Below, in pieces: positions 1 through 9,458 of a stretch of 24,115 nucleotides of DNA. The position numbers were made by a program, and so were the translations under genes. Source of the DNA: Verrucomicrobiota bacterium (GTDB lineage: Bacteria; Verrucomicrobiota; Verrucomicrobiia; Chthoniobacterales; UBA6821); contig JBEAOJ010000055.1 in the NCBI GenBank assembly GCA_041164985.1, positions 1 through 24,115 on the forward strand, given 5' to 3'. Below the pieces are notes generated by a model. The model searched no databases and was not told the DNA's origin. It was given only the letters and a program-made list of their open reading frames with translations. Position 1 is the stretch's first letter; the number at the start of each line of letters is the position of its first letter.

Positions 1-249
1 ACAGCAACCATCGACAGCAAAAGGCCGGTCCTCTCGATCCGCACCACGGCAAACCCGTTCCACCATCTCTGGAACAATAACGGCACTTGGTGGTGCCACT
101 ACACCGAGCACCTCCCCGACCACACCAAGCGTCGTGTGCGCAGGAGTCTCCACACCAGCGACTCCGGAATAGCCCGGGTCCTGAGGGATTCCCTCCTCTG
201 TCAGGCGACCCACTTTGAAGAGGAGGTGCCCAGTGAGCACAAAGGGTAG
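1..249 (+). CDS. Partial (5'-truncated) small hypothetical protein, 82 aa visible; weak resemblance to integrase arm-type/DUF6538-like N-terminal DNA-binding modules
   Basis: Frame +1 is open from base 1 to TAG at 247-249: TATIDSKRPVLSIRTTANPFHHLWNNNGTWWCHYTEHLPDHTKRRVRRSLHTSDSGIARVLRDSLL...EHKG*. It is absent from the ORF track because the start lies outside the window. The family resemblance is from memory only. Confidence 0.6.
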   Translation, partial: TATIDSKRPVLSIRTTANPFHHLWNNNGTWWCHYTEHLPDHTKRRVRRSLHTSDSGIARVLRDSLLCQATHFEEEVPSEHKG

Positions 250-288
250 AGGGGTGTGGGTTTTTTCACCGCCCCCAAACTCGCTATC

Positions 289-309
289 CCTCAGCTTCTA
301 GCTCCCAGT
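289..309 (+). repeat. Three degenerate heptamers of the TCCYAGC family
   Basis: CCTCAGC TTCTAGC TCCCAGT, the same unit as the 399-454 array. Confidence 0.5.
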
Positions 310-313
310 TGAT

Positions 314-372
314 GGCATCCGCCGCCCGGCGGAGGGTGCCACCCCTGCGGGGCTACCACTATGTCATAGTCT
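314..372. repeat. REP-like palindromic element (GTAG-type), copy B
   Basis: Core GGGCTACCACTATGTCATAGTC (350-371) matches 20902-20923 at 18/22. The minus strand reads GTAG followed by the CCCC-GCA-GGGG hairpin. An upstream GGCATCC...GGGTGCC hairpin is present. Confidence 0.55.
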
Positions 373-398
373 ACCGGGCTCGTTCCCACGAGCTTGGT

Positions 399-454
399 TC
401 CCAGCCCCCAGCTCCTAACTCCTAGCTCCCAGCTCCCAGCTCCTAGCTCCTAGT
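399..454 (+). repeat. Tandem heptamer array, 8 units, consensus TCC(C/T)AGC
   Basis: TCCCAGC CCCCAGC TCCTAAC TCCTAGC TCCCAGC TCCCAGC TCCTAGC TCCTAGT, ending 19 nt before the ATG at 474. Confidence 0.9.
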
Positions 455-473
455 CCCCATAACCCAACCCACC

Positions 474-1277
474 ATGCCCAACCCCGCAAAAAACACAAAA
501 GCCACCAAGAGCCCTGCCTCTACATCGAAGCACAACTTCTTCGCCATCATCAGCGACATTCATGGCAATATCGACGCTCTGGAGGCTGTTCTTGCGGACA
601 TTACGGAGTTTCCTGTCCGGGGAATCCTCTGTCTCGGTGATATCGTCGGCTACGGCCCGGAGCCCGGGGCATGCGTGAAGAGGGTCATGGATCTCTGCTC
701 GGCCACCGTCCTCGGAAACCACGAGGCGATGCTCCTGCTTGCCGACAGGATCCTGGATGAGGACTGGGAGGAACCGATTCGGAACCCCCTTCGAATCGCC
801 AAGGAGCAGGTCAGCAAAGCCGAGCTTGGATGGCTCAGGGATCTCCCCATCACCGTGGATCTGGATCCGATCACGCTTTCCCATGCTTCACTTAACGAGC
901 CGGCAGAATTCAACTACATCTACGAGACCACGGAGGCCGAGGCCCACTTCGCTGCCCAGAGCACCTTCATCAGCTTCAACGGCCACACCCACGTGCCCGC
1001 AATCTGGGAGGAAAATCCCCGGACCCTTGGTTGCCGCTGTCTGGCTCCCGGTGACAAGCCCGTGCGCCTCGACGCCACCAGACGCTACACCGTCAATGTC
1101 GGCTCGGTGGGACAGTCTCGGGATGGAGATCCCAGAGCCTCCTACTCCCTCTACGACTACGAGCAGCAGCTCCTGCTCATGCGTCGGGTCGGCTACGACA
1201 TCAGGAAGGCCCAGGCCCGATTCAAGAAAGCAGGCCTCCCCGCCCACAATGCCACCCGACTTGCCAAGGGGGAGTGA
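474..1277 (+). CDS. Calcineurin-like metallophosphoesterase (YfcE/MJ0936-like)
   Basis: Metal-binding motifs in order: SDIHGN, LGDIVGYG, GNHE, SH, GHTH, plus NVGSVGQSRDG. Confidence 0.92.
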   Translation: MPNPAKNTKATKSPASTSKHNFFAIISDIHGNIDALEAVLADITEFPVRGILCLGDIVGYGPEPGACVKRVMDLCSATVLGNHEAMLLLADRILDEDWEEPIRNPLRIAKEQVSKAELGWLRDLPITVDLDPITLSHASLNEPAEFNYIYETTEAEAHFAAQSTFISFNGHTHVPAIWEENPRTLGCRCLAPGDKPVRLDATRRYTVNVGSVGQSRDGDPRASYSLYDYEQQLLLMRRVGYDIRKAQARFKKAGLPAHNATRLAKGE

Positions 1278-1296
1278 TGAGCATTTGCCTTCCTAA

Positions 1297-1569
1297 GGAA
1301 GCGCTGAATAAATCCCATGTAGGCCGCTGAAGAGCATTTGCTGATTTTTGAAGGCGCGAGTGCTGGGCGATACCCGCAGCGGTCTCGCCCGAGCGAGCAA
1401 CGCCACAAAAATCGACAAATGGCTTCAGCCCTTCGGGTTGCGGAGATAACAGGCCGGGGCTGTGTTGGCTTCGCGGTTACAGCCCACTGCGGGGATGCGC
1501 CCGCGAAGCCGCCTTGCCCGCGGCCCATTCTTACCGCAACGGCCTCTATGCGATTAAATCAGCGCTTCC
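1297..1569. mobile_element. 273-bp non-autonomous MITE with IS5-subgroup-like ends
   Basis: 30-bp imperfect TIRs: 1297-1326 GGAAGCGCTGAATAAATCCCATGTAGGCCG vs revcomp of 1540-1569 GGAAGCGCTGATTTAATCGCATAGAGGCCG (25/30). Flanks are CTAA (1293-1296) and CTAG (1570-1573), both YTAR. Internal hairpins at 1326-1350/1406-1429 and 1467-1476/1501-1510. No transposase. Confidence 0.8.
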
Positions 1570-1592
1570 CTAGTTTCCATCCGGGAGATACT

Positions 1593-3503
1593 ATGAGTTC
1601 GTCAACCAACCAAAAGACATCGCTCCTCTGGTTGGCGGCTCTCGGGGTGGTCTTCGGTGATATCGGGACGAGTCCGCTCTACGCGTTCCAAACGGCGGTC
1701 GGCCTCACGGGCGCCGCCCATGCGGTAGCGGTCGCCTCACTGATCATCTGGACGGTGATCCTGGTGGTCAGCGTGAAGTATGCCTTCATCCTGATGAGGG
1801 AGGATTACAAGGGGCAGGGTGGCGTCTTTGCCCTCTTTGCGCTTCTGAAAGAGGCCCGGGCCCCGAAACCCGTGGGATTCGGGATCCTTGCGGTGGTGGC
1901 CTTCGGCGCGGCGCTCCTGCTCAGCGACGGCACCCTCACACCCGCCATTTCGGTGCTGAGCGCTGTGGAGGGGATGGTGACTATTGATCCCTTCCTTTCC
2001 GCCTACGTCCCTGGAGTCGCGGTAGCCATCCTGATCCTCCTCTTCGGGATCCAGCGTTTCGGGACGGGAAGGCTCGGGGCTGTCTTCGGTCCCGTGATGC
2101 TTCTATGGTTTTTGGGTATCGCCCTCACGGGTGCCCTACAGATCGCGCGGCATCCTTCGGTGTTCAGGGCGCTCGACCCTTTCCCGGGGCTCGGGTTGCT
2201 AGCCCAATTAGGCTGGCACGGGTTTGCCATCGTGGGCGCCGTCGCTCTTGCCGTCACCGGTGCCGAGGCCCTCTACGCCGATCTGGCCAACTTCGGCAAG
2301 GGTCCGATCCTCACGGCATGGTATGGCATCGCGCTCCCGGCGCTTCTTCTCAATTACCTCGGTCAGGCGGCCTACCTGGAGGCCAACCCCTCGGCCGCAT
2401 CCAATACGGGACTCTTCTTCCTCCTCTGCCCGATGGCGGTGCGCGTGCCGCTCGTCCTGCTGGCGACCGCCGCCACCGTCATCGCTTCGCAGGCCCTGAT
2501 CAGCGCCGTCTTCACGTTGGTGCGTCAGGGGAAGTCGCTCGACATCCTTCCTCCATTCGTCAGCAGGCACACCAACCCGGGTGTCAGGGAGCAGATCTAC
2601 ATCCCCGCGGTGAATTTTCTGCTGGGGATCTGCTGCATCATGCTGATCGTCATCTTCCGCACCGGTGCCTCGCTGGCGAACGCTTACGGTGTCGCGGTGA
2701 CGGGGGCCATGGTGGTCACCTCGATTCTCTGGGGGGCCGTGATGTTTTCACGGCCCGGCATCGCCAGATGGAAAACCTCGCTGATTCTCGGTGCCTTGCT
2801 GGTTATGGATCTGGCGCTCTTCCTCTCCTGCATGACCAAGTTCCCGAGCGGCGGTTTCGTTCCCTTCCTCCTCGCGATCGGAATCATGGCGCTGATGTTC
2901 TCATGGTACCGGGGGAAGAGGCTCGTCAATGGGTCGATGAAGGCCGGCTTCATCTCACCCGGGCAACTCGGCAAAGAACTGGCCGATGGCACCATGCCGC
3001 GTGTGGCCGGGACAAGGGTCTACATCACCCGCGAAAGCACGCCCGAACACTCGGTGGGCTCGATTCAGGAGTTCCACAGGAGGACCAAATCCGTCGCGCA
3101 AAACAACGTGATCCTGATGCTCCCCTCGACCTGGTCCGATCCCCACCGGGTCATCGGTGATCCGATGCTCAAAAGCCACGAAGGGGGGCTCTGGGAAATC
3201 ACCGTTCCGCACGGATACATGGTCGAGGCTGATGCTCCGGCCAGTCTTCGTGCGGCAGCAAAGGCAAGCGGCGGTGCCTTCACCTTCAACCCGGCCGACA
3301 CCTTCTACATCTTCCCCAAGGAGTTTTTGGCCTCGGACGGAGGAGCGATGCCGGCGTGGCAGAGGAATCTCTTCTCGTTCCTTGTCAGGAATGTCGGCTT
3401 CCTTGTGAACTTCATGGGGATCCCTCCGGAGCGACTGATCGTCTACCTGGCCTACATCGACATCGATCGCCGGCAGATGGATACGGCCGCCAATGCTGGA
3501 TAG
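1593..3503 (+). CDS. kup: KUP/HAK/KT family potassium transporter Kup
   Basis: Signature LGVVFGDIGTSPLYA, ISVLSAVEG, GAEALYADL, LANAYGVAVTG and many TM segments. Start placed at ATG 1593 (MSSSTNQ) because the track's longer start at 1338 lies inside the MITE. Confidence 0.93.
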   Translation: MSSSTNQKTSLLWLAALGVVFGDIGTSPLYAFQTAVGLTGAAHAVAVASLIIWTVILVVSVKYAFILMREDYKGQGGVFALFALLKEARAPKPVGFGILAVVAFGAALLLSDGTLTPAISVLSAVEGMVTIDPFLSAYVPGVAVAILILLFGIQRFGTGRLGAVFGPVMLLWFLGIALTGALQIARHPSVFRALDPFPGLGLLAQLGWHGFAIVGAVALAVTGAEALYADLANFGKGPILTAWYGIALPALLLNYLGQAAYLEANPSAASNTGLFFLLCPMAVRVPLVLLATAATVIASQALISAVFTLVRQGKSLDILPPFVSRHTNPGVREQIYIPAVNFLLGICCIMLIVIFRTGASLANAYGVAVTGAMVVTSILWGAVMFSRPGIARWKTSLILGALLVMDLALFLSCMTKFPSGGFVPFLLAIGIMALMFSWYRGKRLVNGSMKAGFISPGQLGKELADGTMPRVAGTRVYITRESTPEHSVGSIQEFHRRTKSVAQNNVILMLPSTWSDPHRVIGDPMLKSHEGGLWEITVPHGYMVEADAPASLRAAAKASGGAFTFNPADTFYIFPKEFLASDGGAMPAWQRNLFSFLVRNVGFLVNFMGIPPERLIVYLAYIDIDRRQMDTAANAG

Positions 3504-3554
3504 AAGACGGGGAAAATTCTTGCCAAAGCAGCCGCATGACGGGCAATTTCCTTC

Positions 3555-5120
3555 ATGGCAGCAACGAGTCATTCCAATCCCGACGAGACGTTCTACCGGG
3601 GGGCCGATTCCTTTTTCACAGCCAACTCGGAAATCGGGCTGACCTTCGACGATGTCACGCTGGCGACGCTTTATTCGGATATCCTTCCCAGCCAGACCAA
3701 GCTTGATTCGCGTCTGAGCGACGGGCTTCAGCTCAACATTCCCATTGTCTCCGCGGACATGGACACGGTCACGGAATCGCGCCTTGCGATCGCCCTGGCG
3801 CTCAACGGCGGCCTTGGGCTCATCCATTACAACATGCCCGAGCGCGACCAACTCGGGGAGGTGAGCCGCGTGAAATACCATGTCCAGGGCCTGATTCAGG
3901 ATCCCATCAAGGTATCGCCCGACCAGTTCATCGGCGACGTCCTGAAGCTCATCGAGGAGAAGAACTTCGGCTTCAGCACCTTCCCCGTCGTGGATGGGAA
4001 GGGTGCGCTCGTCGGCCTCCTCTCCGGTCACGTGGTCAAGCCGCGCTACGCTACCAAGAAAGTCTCCGAGGCGCTGACTCCGCGGAGCCAGGTTCACACC
4101 GTGACCAGGAAGGAACTCGGCACCGATCCCATCGCCATCGCCGACAAGTTCTTCACCGAGCATCTCGGCATCCACAAGCTTCTGGTCGTCGACGAGGAGG
4201 ACCGGTTGCACGGCCTCATCACCATGAGCGACGTGGAGAGGATCACCCAGGAGCGCAAGGCCCAGTTCAAGCCCGCGCGCGACGCCCAGTTCCGTCTGGT
4301 CTGCGGCGCGGCGGTCTCCGCCACCCGCAATGCCTTCGGCGAACTCGACAGGGAGCGGATCCTCAACCATGTCGCGGCTCTCGTCGAGCGCGGCATCGAT
4401 GTCGTCGCCGTCTCCACCGCCCACGGCCACAGCAAGGGGGTCGGGGACACGGTCAGGGTGGTGCGCGACGCCTTCCCGAAGCTGCCCATCATCGCCGGCA
4501 ACGTCACCAGCGCCGCCGGGGTGGAGTATCTTGCCGACTGCGGTGCGAACATCGTGAAGGTCGGTCAGGGACCCGGTTCGATCTGCACCACGCGCGTCGT
4601 TGCCGGAGTCGGCATCCCGCAGATGACCGCCCTCTACGTCTGCTCCAAGGCCGCTGCGGAGAAGAAAGTCTCGATCCTTGCCGACGGGGGGATCACCAAG
4701 TCGGGCGACATCGTCAAAGCCCTGACCCTAGCACAGGGCGTGATCTGCGGCGGCATGTTCGCCGGTTGCACCGAGTCACCCGGCGATGTCGTCGAGATCG
4801 GTGGCAAACTTTACAAGCAGTACCGCGGCATGGGGAGTCTCTCCGCGATGAAGGCCGGCAGTGCCGCCCGCTACGGCCACGACAAGGCTGACACCACGCG
4901 CAAGGTGGCCGCCGAGGGGGTCGAGGCGCTCAAGGAGGCATGCGGCCCCGTGGATCGTGTCCTGGCCAGCCTTATCGGAGGGATCCAGAGCGGCATGGGC
5001 TATCTCGGCGCGGGAAATCTCGAGCAACTCCGCGAAAAAGCGCGCTACATCCGTGTAAGCCCGGCGGGCCAGCGGGAGGCGGCTCCCCACGACGTGGTCG
5101 AACTCAAGACCAAGAACTGA
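3555..5120 (+). CDS. guaB: IMP dehydrogenase with CBS pair
   Basis: [17 protein letters not shown], catalytic loop [25 protein letters not shown] and YRGMGS, with a CBS insert after the N-terminal barrel segment. Confidence 0.97.
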   Translation: MAATSHSNPDETFYRGADSFFTANSEIGLTFDDVTLATLYSDILPSQTKLDSRLSDGLQLNIPIVSADMDTVTESRLAIALALNGGLGLIHYNMPERDQLGEVSRVKYHVQGLIQDPIKVSPDQFIGDVLKLIEEKNFGFSTFPVVDGKGALVGLLSGHVVKPRYATKKVSEALTPRSQVHTVTRKELGTDPIAIADKFFTEHLGIHKLLVVDEEDRLHGLITMSDVERITQERKAQFKPARDAQFRLVCGAAVSATRNAFGELDRERILNHVAALVERGIDVVAVSTAHGHSKGVGDTVRVVRDAFPKLPIIAGNVTSAAGVEYLADCGANIVKVGQGPGSICTTRVVAGVGIPQMTALYVCSKAAAEKKVSILADGGITKSGDIVKALTLAQGVICGGMFAGCTESPGDVVEIGGKLYKQYRGMGSLSAMKAGSAARYGHDKADTTRKVAAEGVEALKEACGPVDRVLASLIGGIQSGMGYLGAGNLEQLREKARYIRVSPAGQREAAPHDVVELKTKN

Positions 5121-5141
5121 AAAATCTGGCCACAAACGGTT

Positions 5142-5570
5142 TTAGCAAGGGTGGATTTTTTCCAGCTCGGGCAATAGCACGACGCTTTCCTGCTCGTTTG
5201 GATCCGTCCGGGCAATAACGGCCACGACGTCCTCGGTCTGGCTTGGATTATAAGGAAGATGGGGAACATCCGCCGGGATGTAGAAGAAATCGCCTGGCTT
5301 TACGATGGAGTGATGCTCCAATTGTTCGCCATGCCAGACTCCCGAAGTCCCTTGGAGCGCGTAAATCGCCGTTTCATGGGTGGCGTGTTTGTGCGCCTTG
5401 GCCCTTCCTCCGGGGGAAATGGTCACCAACTGAAGGTGAATGCCCCTTGATCCGACGGTCTCGGCGGAAATCCCGACGAGATAGTCGAGCCCTTGCTTGC
5501 CGGTGTATTCATCAGTGGGGCTGATCAACCGGCATTCTCCGCCAGATGGCTCTGGAAATTTCTCTGCCAT
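5142..5570 (-). CDS. Cupin (RmlC-like) domain protein
   Basis: Cupin motif 1 PGGRAKAHKHATHETAIY and motif 2 GDFFYIPADVPHLPYN. Confidence 0.88.
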   Translation of the reverse strand: MAEKFPEPSGGECRLISPTDEYTGKQGLDYLVGISAETVGSRGIHLQLVTISPGGRAKAHKHATHETAIYALQGTSGVWHGEQLEHHSIVKPGDFFYIPADVPHLPYNPSQTEDVVAVIARTDPNEQESVVLLPELEKIHPC

Positions 5571-5596
5571 TGAAGTGGCGTCAGTGAACTTGATTT

Positions 5597-5634
5597 AAAA
5601 AAAAGAGGGTTTCCTTTTCAAAAGGAAACCCTCT
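5597..5634 (-). terminator. Rho-independent terminator closing the large minus-strand operon
   Basis: Perfect 15-bp inverted repeat AGAGGGTTTCCTTTT-C-AAAAGGAAACCCTCT (5604-5634). The A-run at 5597-5604 gives a U-tract on the minus strand, 22 nt past the lipoprotein stop. Confidence 0.85.
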
Positions 5635-5656
5635 GGTGAGAAAAAACTACTGCCTG

Positions 5657-6082
5657 TTACCGTGATCCGGATGAGGGAAGAATCGTTCCCGATGCGGCCT
5701 CTTCCTGGAAAGGATGACCGATGAGGTGATGAATCTTGTACTCGGTTACTTTGCCGGAGGGGCTGAAGTCCACGGAATATGTCTCGGTGTTGAAATGATC
5801 GCCGATGATCGGGAAGCAGCGCTTCCAGGAAGTTCCCTGCCAGGTCCAGTACTCACCCTTCGAGTTGACGGTCCTGGTCGAAGGCTTTCCCCAGATGGAA
5901 AGCACCTCCGCCTTGGTCATTCCGACACGGACGGGGGACTGTTTTTCAAGGACGCAGGAAGGGGTGCAGGACTTGGCCACGACCTGTTTGCCGGAAGCGG
6001 CGCATTTGGGAGCGCTCGAGCAGGCGGACAGGAGGAGGGAAGCTGCGGCACAAACTAAGGCTGGGGCGAATGCTTTTTTCAT
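5657..6082 (-). CDS. Lipoprotein with SmpA/OmlA (BamE-like) domain
   Basis: Signal peptide with lipobox LLSA-C. VRVGMTKAEVLSIWGKPS...EYWTW...VDFSPSGKV follows the SmpA/OmlA pattern. Confidence 0.72.
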   Translation of the reverse strand: MKKAFAPALVCAAASLLLSACSSAPKCAASGKQVVAKSCTPSCVLEKQSPVRVGMTKAEVLSIWGKPSTRTVNSKGEYWTWQGTSWKRCFPIIGDHFNTETYSVDFSPSGKVTEYKIHHLIGHPFQEEAASGTILPSSGSR

Positions 6083-6124
6083 GACGGGACGAATAGACCA
6101 CCCGTGGCGATCAGTGTCCAGAGA

Positions 6125-7150
6125 TTATTCGCCGTGGTGAACGGGTGCGTGATGCTTTCCCTGAGTCGTTGATAAGGGCGGGCCATTCCTTCCTTTCCCG
6201 GACGTTGCAAACGGCAGGAGAAGCCCCCCGAGCAGGGCGACGGCGGCCTGGATCACGAACCCTCCCAGGGAGGCAAGCGCCGCCGTAGCCGGAGCGATCC
6301 CGTAGAGGCCCCCCAGCATGTGCTGGAAGAGATTCTCGCGCCAACCGAGTCCGAAGAGGGTGATGGGGAGGGTGATCAGCGTGTCGATCACCGGCATCAC
6401 CGTGAAGAGGGCGCCGACCCCGAGGGGAAGCCCGAAGGAACGGGCGCTGCACCAGTAGGTCAGGCAATGAAAGAGGAAGGCGGGAAGGGCGATCCCCACC
6501 GCGCAGGCGATCAATCGGGGGCGAAGGGAGAGGCCTGCGAAGATGGCGCCGAGATGATCCACCCGTTTCCGGAACGTGGGGGACATCCACGGCTTCCTTC
6601 GCATTCTGATGCCTGGAAGGGTCGTGACCCACCAGAGGAGCAGCAGAAGGAGAACGATTCCCAGCAGGGCGGATGCCGCCTTGAGGAGGAGGTGGGCTGA
6701 CGGATCCGAAGCGAAGAGCCGGTATTGCAGGATCCCCGAAAGCGGCACGGCGAGGACCAGCGCCACGAGTCCGCAGAGGCGGTCGGCAAGGATGGAAAGG
6801 GATGCCCTGAGCTTGCGGCGGGGATAAAGCCTCATCATGTAGAGAACCCGGAAGGCGTCGCCGCCGCCTGTTCCGGGAAGTCCGAGCGAAAGGAAAAGAC
6901 CCGCCCACCAGAACATCACGACCTTCATGAATCCCACGGGTGTGCCGAATGCGCGGAGCACCAACCACCAGCGGGCCGCGCTGAGAAGCTCCGCCAGGAA
7001 TGCCGCTGCCAATCCGCCGGAGAGCCATGAGGGATCGGCCGCGAGGAAAACCTTCGATGCCTCGGCCCGCAGCGCCGCGTCGCCGAAGATCCTCCAGAGG
7101 AGGATGGCGGAAAGCACTCCCTGGACAATGGCCAGCCAGTATCTTCGCAT
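6125..7150 (-). CDS. Lysylphosphatidylglycerol-synthase-TM (flippase-like, UPF0104/YbhN-type) membrane protein
   Basis: Multi-TM protein with LSAARWWLVL, GLPGTGGGDAFR, ILADRL and LPITLFGLGWRE motifs. Start at ATG 7150 (MRRYWLAIVQ), 2 nt after the upstream stop. Confidence 0.8.
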   Translation of the reverse strand: MRRYWLAIVQGVLSAILLWRIFGDAALRAEASKVFLAADPSWLSGGLAAAFLAELLSAARWWLVLRAFGTPVGFMKVVMFWWAGLFLSLGLPGTGGGDAFRVLYMMRLYPRRKLRASLSILADRLCGLVALVLAVPLSGILQYRLFASDPSAHLLLKAASALLGIVLLLLLLWWVTTLPGIRMRRKPWMSPTFRKRVDHLGAIFAGLSLRPRLIACAVGIALPAFLFHCLTYWCSARSFGLPLGVGALFTVMPVIDTLITLPITLFGLGWRENLFQHMLGGLYGIAPATAALASLGGFVIQAAVALLGGLLLPFATSGKGRNGPPLSTTQGKHHAPVHHGE

Positions 7151-7152
7151 GG

Positions 7153-8154
7153 TCAGGGTGTGGCCTTCGCCCATGCGTTGAGGCGGAGCATGGAGAATTG
7201 ACGTGTCAGTCCCCAACAGGGAACCACGATGCCCGGAAGGCGCCCCTGAGCGATCAGTTTGGCCGCGCGGATGGTGTTCCAGGCAGCCGAGGCCGTGGAG
7301 GCCTCGAAGTCCCTGTTGATCCAGGGATCGAGCAGGCGTTCTCCGGCGGTCCGTGACTCGATCGGCGCCGTCCACGACGTGGAGGTGGGCATCACGGGAT
7401 CATTTCCCGGGATGGAGGCAAGGCATTCGAGGGCCGCTTCCCCGGCAAGCCGCCTTGCCGGGAAGCCGTAGCCATCCGCGATGCGGGAAAGCAGAGGGGT
7501 TTCCCCGGACGCCTTCCCCAGCAGCACCGCGCCGGCTCCTTCGGAGGGAATCAGGCGACCATGCCGCAGCAGTCCCGCTGCCCTGAAGGCATGGAAGGAA
7601 ACAGGATCGAATTCCTCGGCTCCCACGACGACGACATGATCCGCCATGCCGAGGCGAAGCCAGCATTCGGCGGTGCGGAGCGCCGTCGCCCAGCACGATT
7701 TGTCGCCGATCTGGGTGTGAACGGGGCCGCCGATCCCGAGGGTGGAGACGACATGGCTGAGGGGGGTGTTGAAGACGGTTTCCGGAAAAAGGATCGGGCT
7801 GGCGAAGCGGCGCCCCGCGGCATGCATCTCCCTGTAAAAACGGACGGAATAAGCCATGCAACCGAGGAAAAACGCACCCACCACGGCCGTGCGGGAGAGA
7901 TCGAGGCCCGGCGCGCCTTCTAGCGCCTGGGAGACCGCCTCCACCATGAAATAACTGATCGGGCTGGCCCGCCGAAGCCTGGGGCTTTTCTCCCACTTCA
8001 GAAGCGCCGGATCTGATCTCTCCACCAAGGAGACGGGATGTCCCTCCGTCTCCGGATGGATCATCGTTGGGAAACCGCTCTCCAGCGACTGCGTCCCGAC
8101 GCCTGCCGGGGAAACGCTGCCATGGGAAAGAATGACGGGTTCCATGGTCTGCAT
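7153..8154 (-). CDS. Degenerate beta-ketoacyl synthase-like protein (chain-length-factor-like)
   Basis: KS N-terminal fold motifs RLRRASPISYFMVEAVSQAL, FPETVFNTPLSHVVSTLGIGGP and VVVGAEE. No (T/N)AC catalytic motif and no HGTGT/GH motifs; only 333 aa. Confidence 0.75.
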   Translation of the reverse strand: MQTMEPVILSHGSVSPAGVGTQSLESGFPTMIHPETEGHPVSLVERSDPALLKWEKSPRLRRASPISYFMVEAVSQALEGAPGLDLSRTAVVGAFFLGCMAYSVRFYREMHAAGRRFASPILFPETVFNTPLSHVVSTLGIGGPVHTQIGDKSCWATALRTAECWLRLGMADHVVVVGAEEFDPVSFHAFRAAGLLRHGRLIPSEGAGAVLLGKASGETPLLSRIADGYGFPARRLAGEAALECLASIPGNDPVMPTSTSWTAPIESRTAGERLLDPWINRDFEASTASAAWNTIRAAKLIAQGRLPGIVVPCWGLTRQFSMLRLNAWAKATP

Positions 8155-8157
8155 GGG

Positions 8158-9387
8158 TCAGGAACGATTCCCGTAGGGGGTGACGATCAGTGCCGCGTTG
8201 GATCCTCCGAAACCCAGGTTCACGCTCATGGCCGCATCGAGACGCTTCCTCTCACCGGGATGCACGAGGAGGCGCGCGATGTCGGGCTCCGGGTCGGTGA
8301 CATTGATCTGGGGAGGGAGATCCCCCGTTTCGAGCGCCATCAGGCAGAGGAGGGCCTCGATTGCCCCCGCCGCTCCCAGGGTGTGTCCCAAGGCGGCCTT
8401 GGTGGAACTGATCCTCACATCGGTCCCTCCGAAGATCCCGAGGAAGGCCGTTGCCTCGGCACCGTCGTTGAAGCGCGTGCCGGTGCCGTGTGCATTGATG
8501 TATCCCACTTGCGAGGGCTCCATTCGCGCGGAGTCGAGAGCCTGTTTCATCGCGCCTGCAAGGGCGCTGCCGTCCTGCGCCGGTTGGGTGAGATGAAGCC
8601 TGTCGGTGGTCTGGCCATATCCGGCGACCGAGCCGCGGATACGGGCTCCTCGGCGCCGCGCATGCTCCTCGCTTTCGAGCACCAGGAACGCCGCGCCCTC
8701 GCCCAGCATGAGCCCCGTGCGCTTCCTGTCGAACGGTCGGCAGGCATCCGGGGCGAGTGTCTGGAGAGAATCGAATCCCGCGAAGACAAGCTCGCAGAGT
8801 GCGTCGTATCCCCCGGCAAGCACAACCTCGGCCATCCCCGAGCGGATCAGGTCCGCGCCGTGGCCGATCGCGTTGGCACCCGCCGCGCACGCATTGGCGA
8901 CGATCATGGCGGCCCCTTGGAATCCGTAAGCCGACTGGATTTCAGCCACCTGCTCCTGCGCCTGATAATGGGCAACCATGCCCGGCTTCCGCCCGGGGCG
9001 ACCGTTCAGGATCGACCGAAGGAAGCCTTCGCCCAACTCCATGCCGCAGGCGGTCGTCGCCACCGACATTTCGAGACGCGGAATCCGGCAGCGGCCATCC
9101 ACCCCGAGAAGTCCCGATGACGCGAGGGCTTCCCCGGCGGCGGGAATCGCCAGGCGCGACGCCCTGCTCAGACGCGCCAGCCGTTTTGAGGAAAGGTGCG
9201 GGATGTCGGGCAAGCAGGCCTGGGCCCCTTCGGTGACACGGCATCCCTCCACCTCGATCGCGGTGACGGGGCCTCGCGCGGAGCGACCCTCAAGAAGCGC
9301 GTTCCAGGTCTCCTCCACGCAGCTTCCGAGAGCCGTGACGCATCCATGGCCCGTGACGACGACTGGGATGGGTGAAGGCTTTGTCAT
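8158..9387 (-). CDS. Beta-ketoacyl-ACP synthase (FabF-like), catalytically intact
   Basis: Cys-His-His triad: ANACAAG, INAHGTGT, STKAALGHTLGAAG; C-terminal NLGFGGSNA. Start taken at ATG 9387 (MTKPSPIPVVVTG). Confidence 0.92.
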   Translation of the reverse strand: MTKPSPIPVVVTGHGCVTALGSCVEETWNALLEGRSARGPVTAIEVEGCRVTEGAQACLPDIPHLSSKRLARLSRASRLAIPAAGEALASSGLLGVDGRCRIPRLEMSVATTACGMELGEGFLRSILNGRPGRKPGMVAHYQAQEQVAEIQSAYGFQGAAMIVANACAAGANAIGHGADLIRSGMAEVVLAGGYDALCELVFAGFDSLQTLAPDACRPFDRKRTGLMLGEGAAFLVLESEEHARRRGARIRGSVAGYGQTTDRLHLTQPAQDGSALAGAMKQALDSARMEPSQVGYINAHGTGTRFNDGAEATAFLGIFGGTDVRISSTKAALGHTLGAAGAIEALLCLMALETGDLPPQINVTDPEPDIARLLVHPGERKRLDAAMSVNLGFGGSNAALIVTPYGNRS

Positions 9388-9458
9388 GAGGGCGTCGGGA
9401 GACCGAATAAATCGCAATGGAGGCACGGCGGCAAGCTGTCCGGCTCAATGACGATGAT

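Noticed and set aside
399-454. CRISPR array interpretation of the tandem repeats
   Set aside because: Units are 7-10 bp with no unique spacers, and there are no cas genes in the window.
1338-1592. 85-aa N-terminal extension of Kup in the ORF track
   Set aside because: It lies almost wholly within the MITE and has no Kup-like features. ATG 1593 gives a normal-length protein.
2955-4430. 491-aa antisense ORF, and similar long shadow ORFs (19015-19995, 8038-9120, 2105-3160, 21942-22811)
   Set aside because: They overlap well-supported genes on the other strand or frame, show no motifs, and are expected in high-GC coding DNA.
5168-5229. Short direct repeat (CGGGCAATA...CACGACG) in the cupin 3' end
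   Set aside because: Short, inside coding sequence and in different frames; likely chance.
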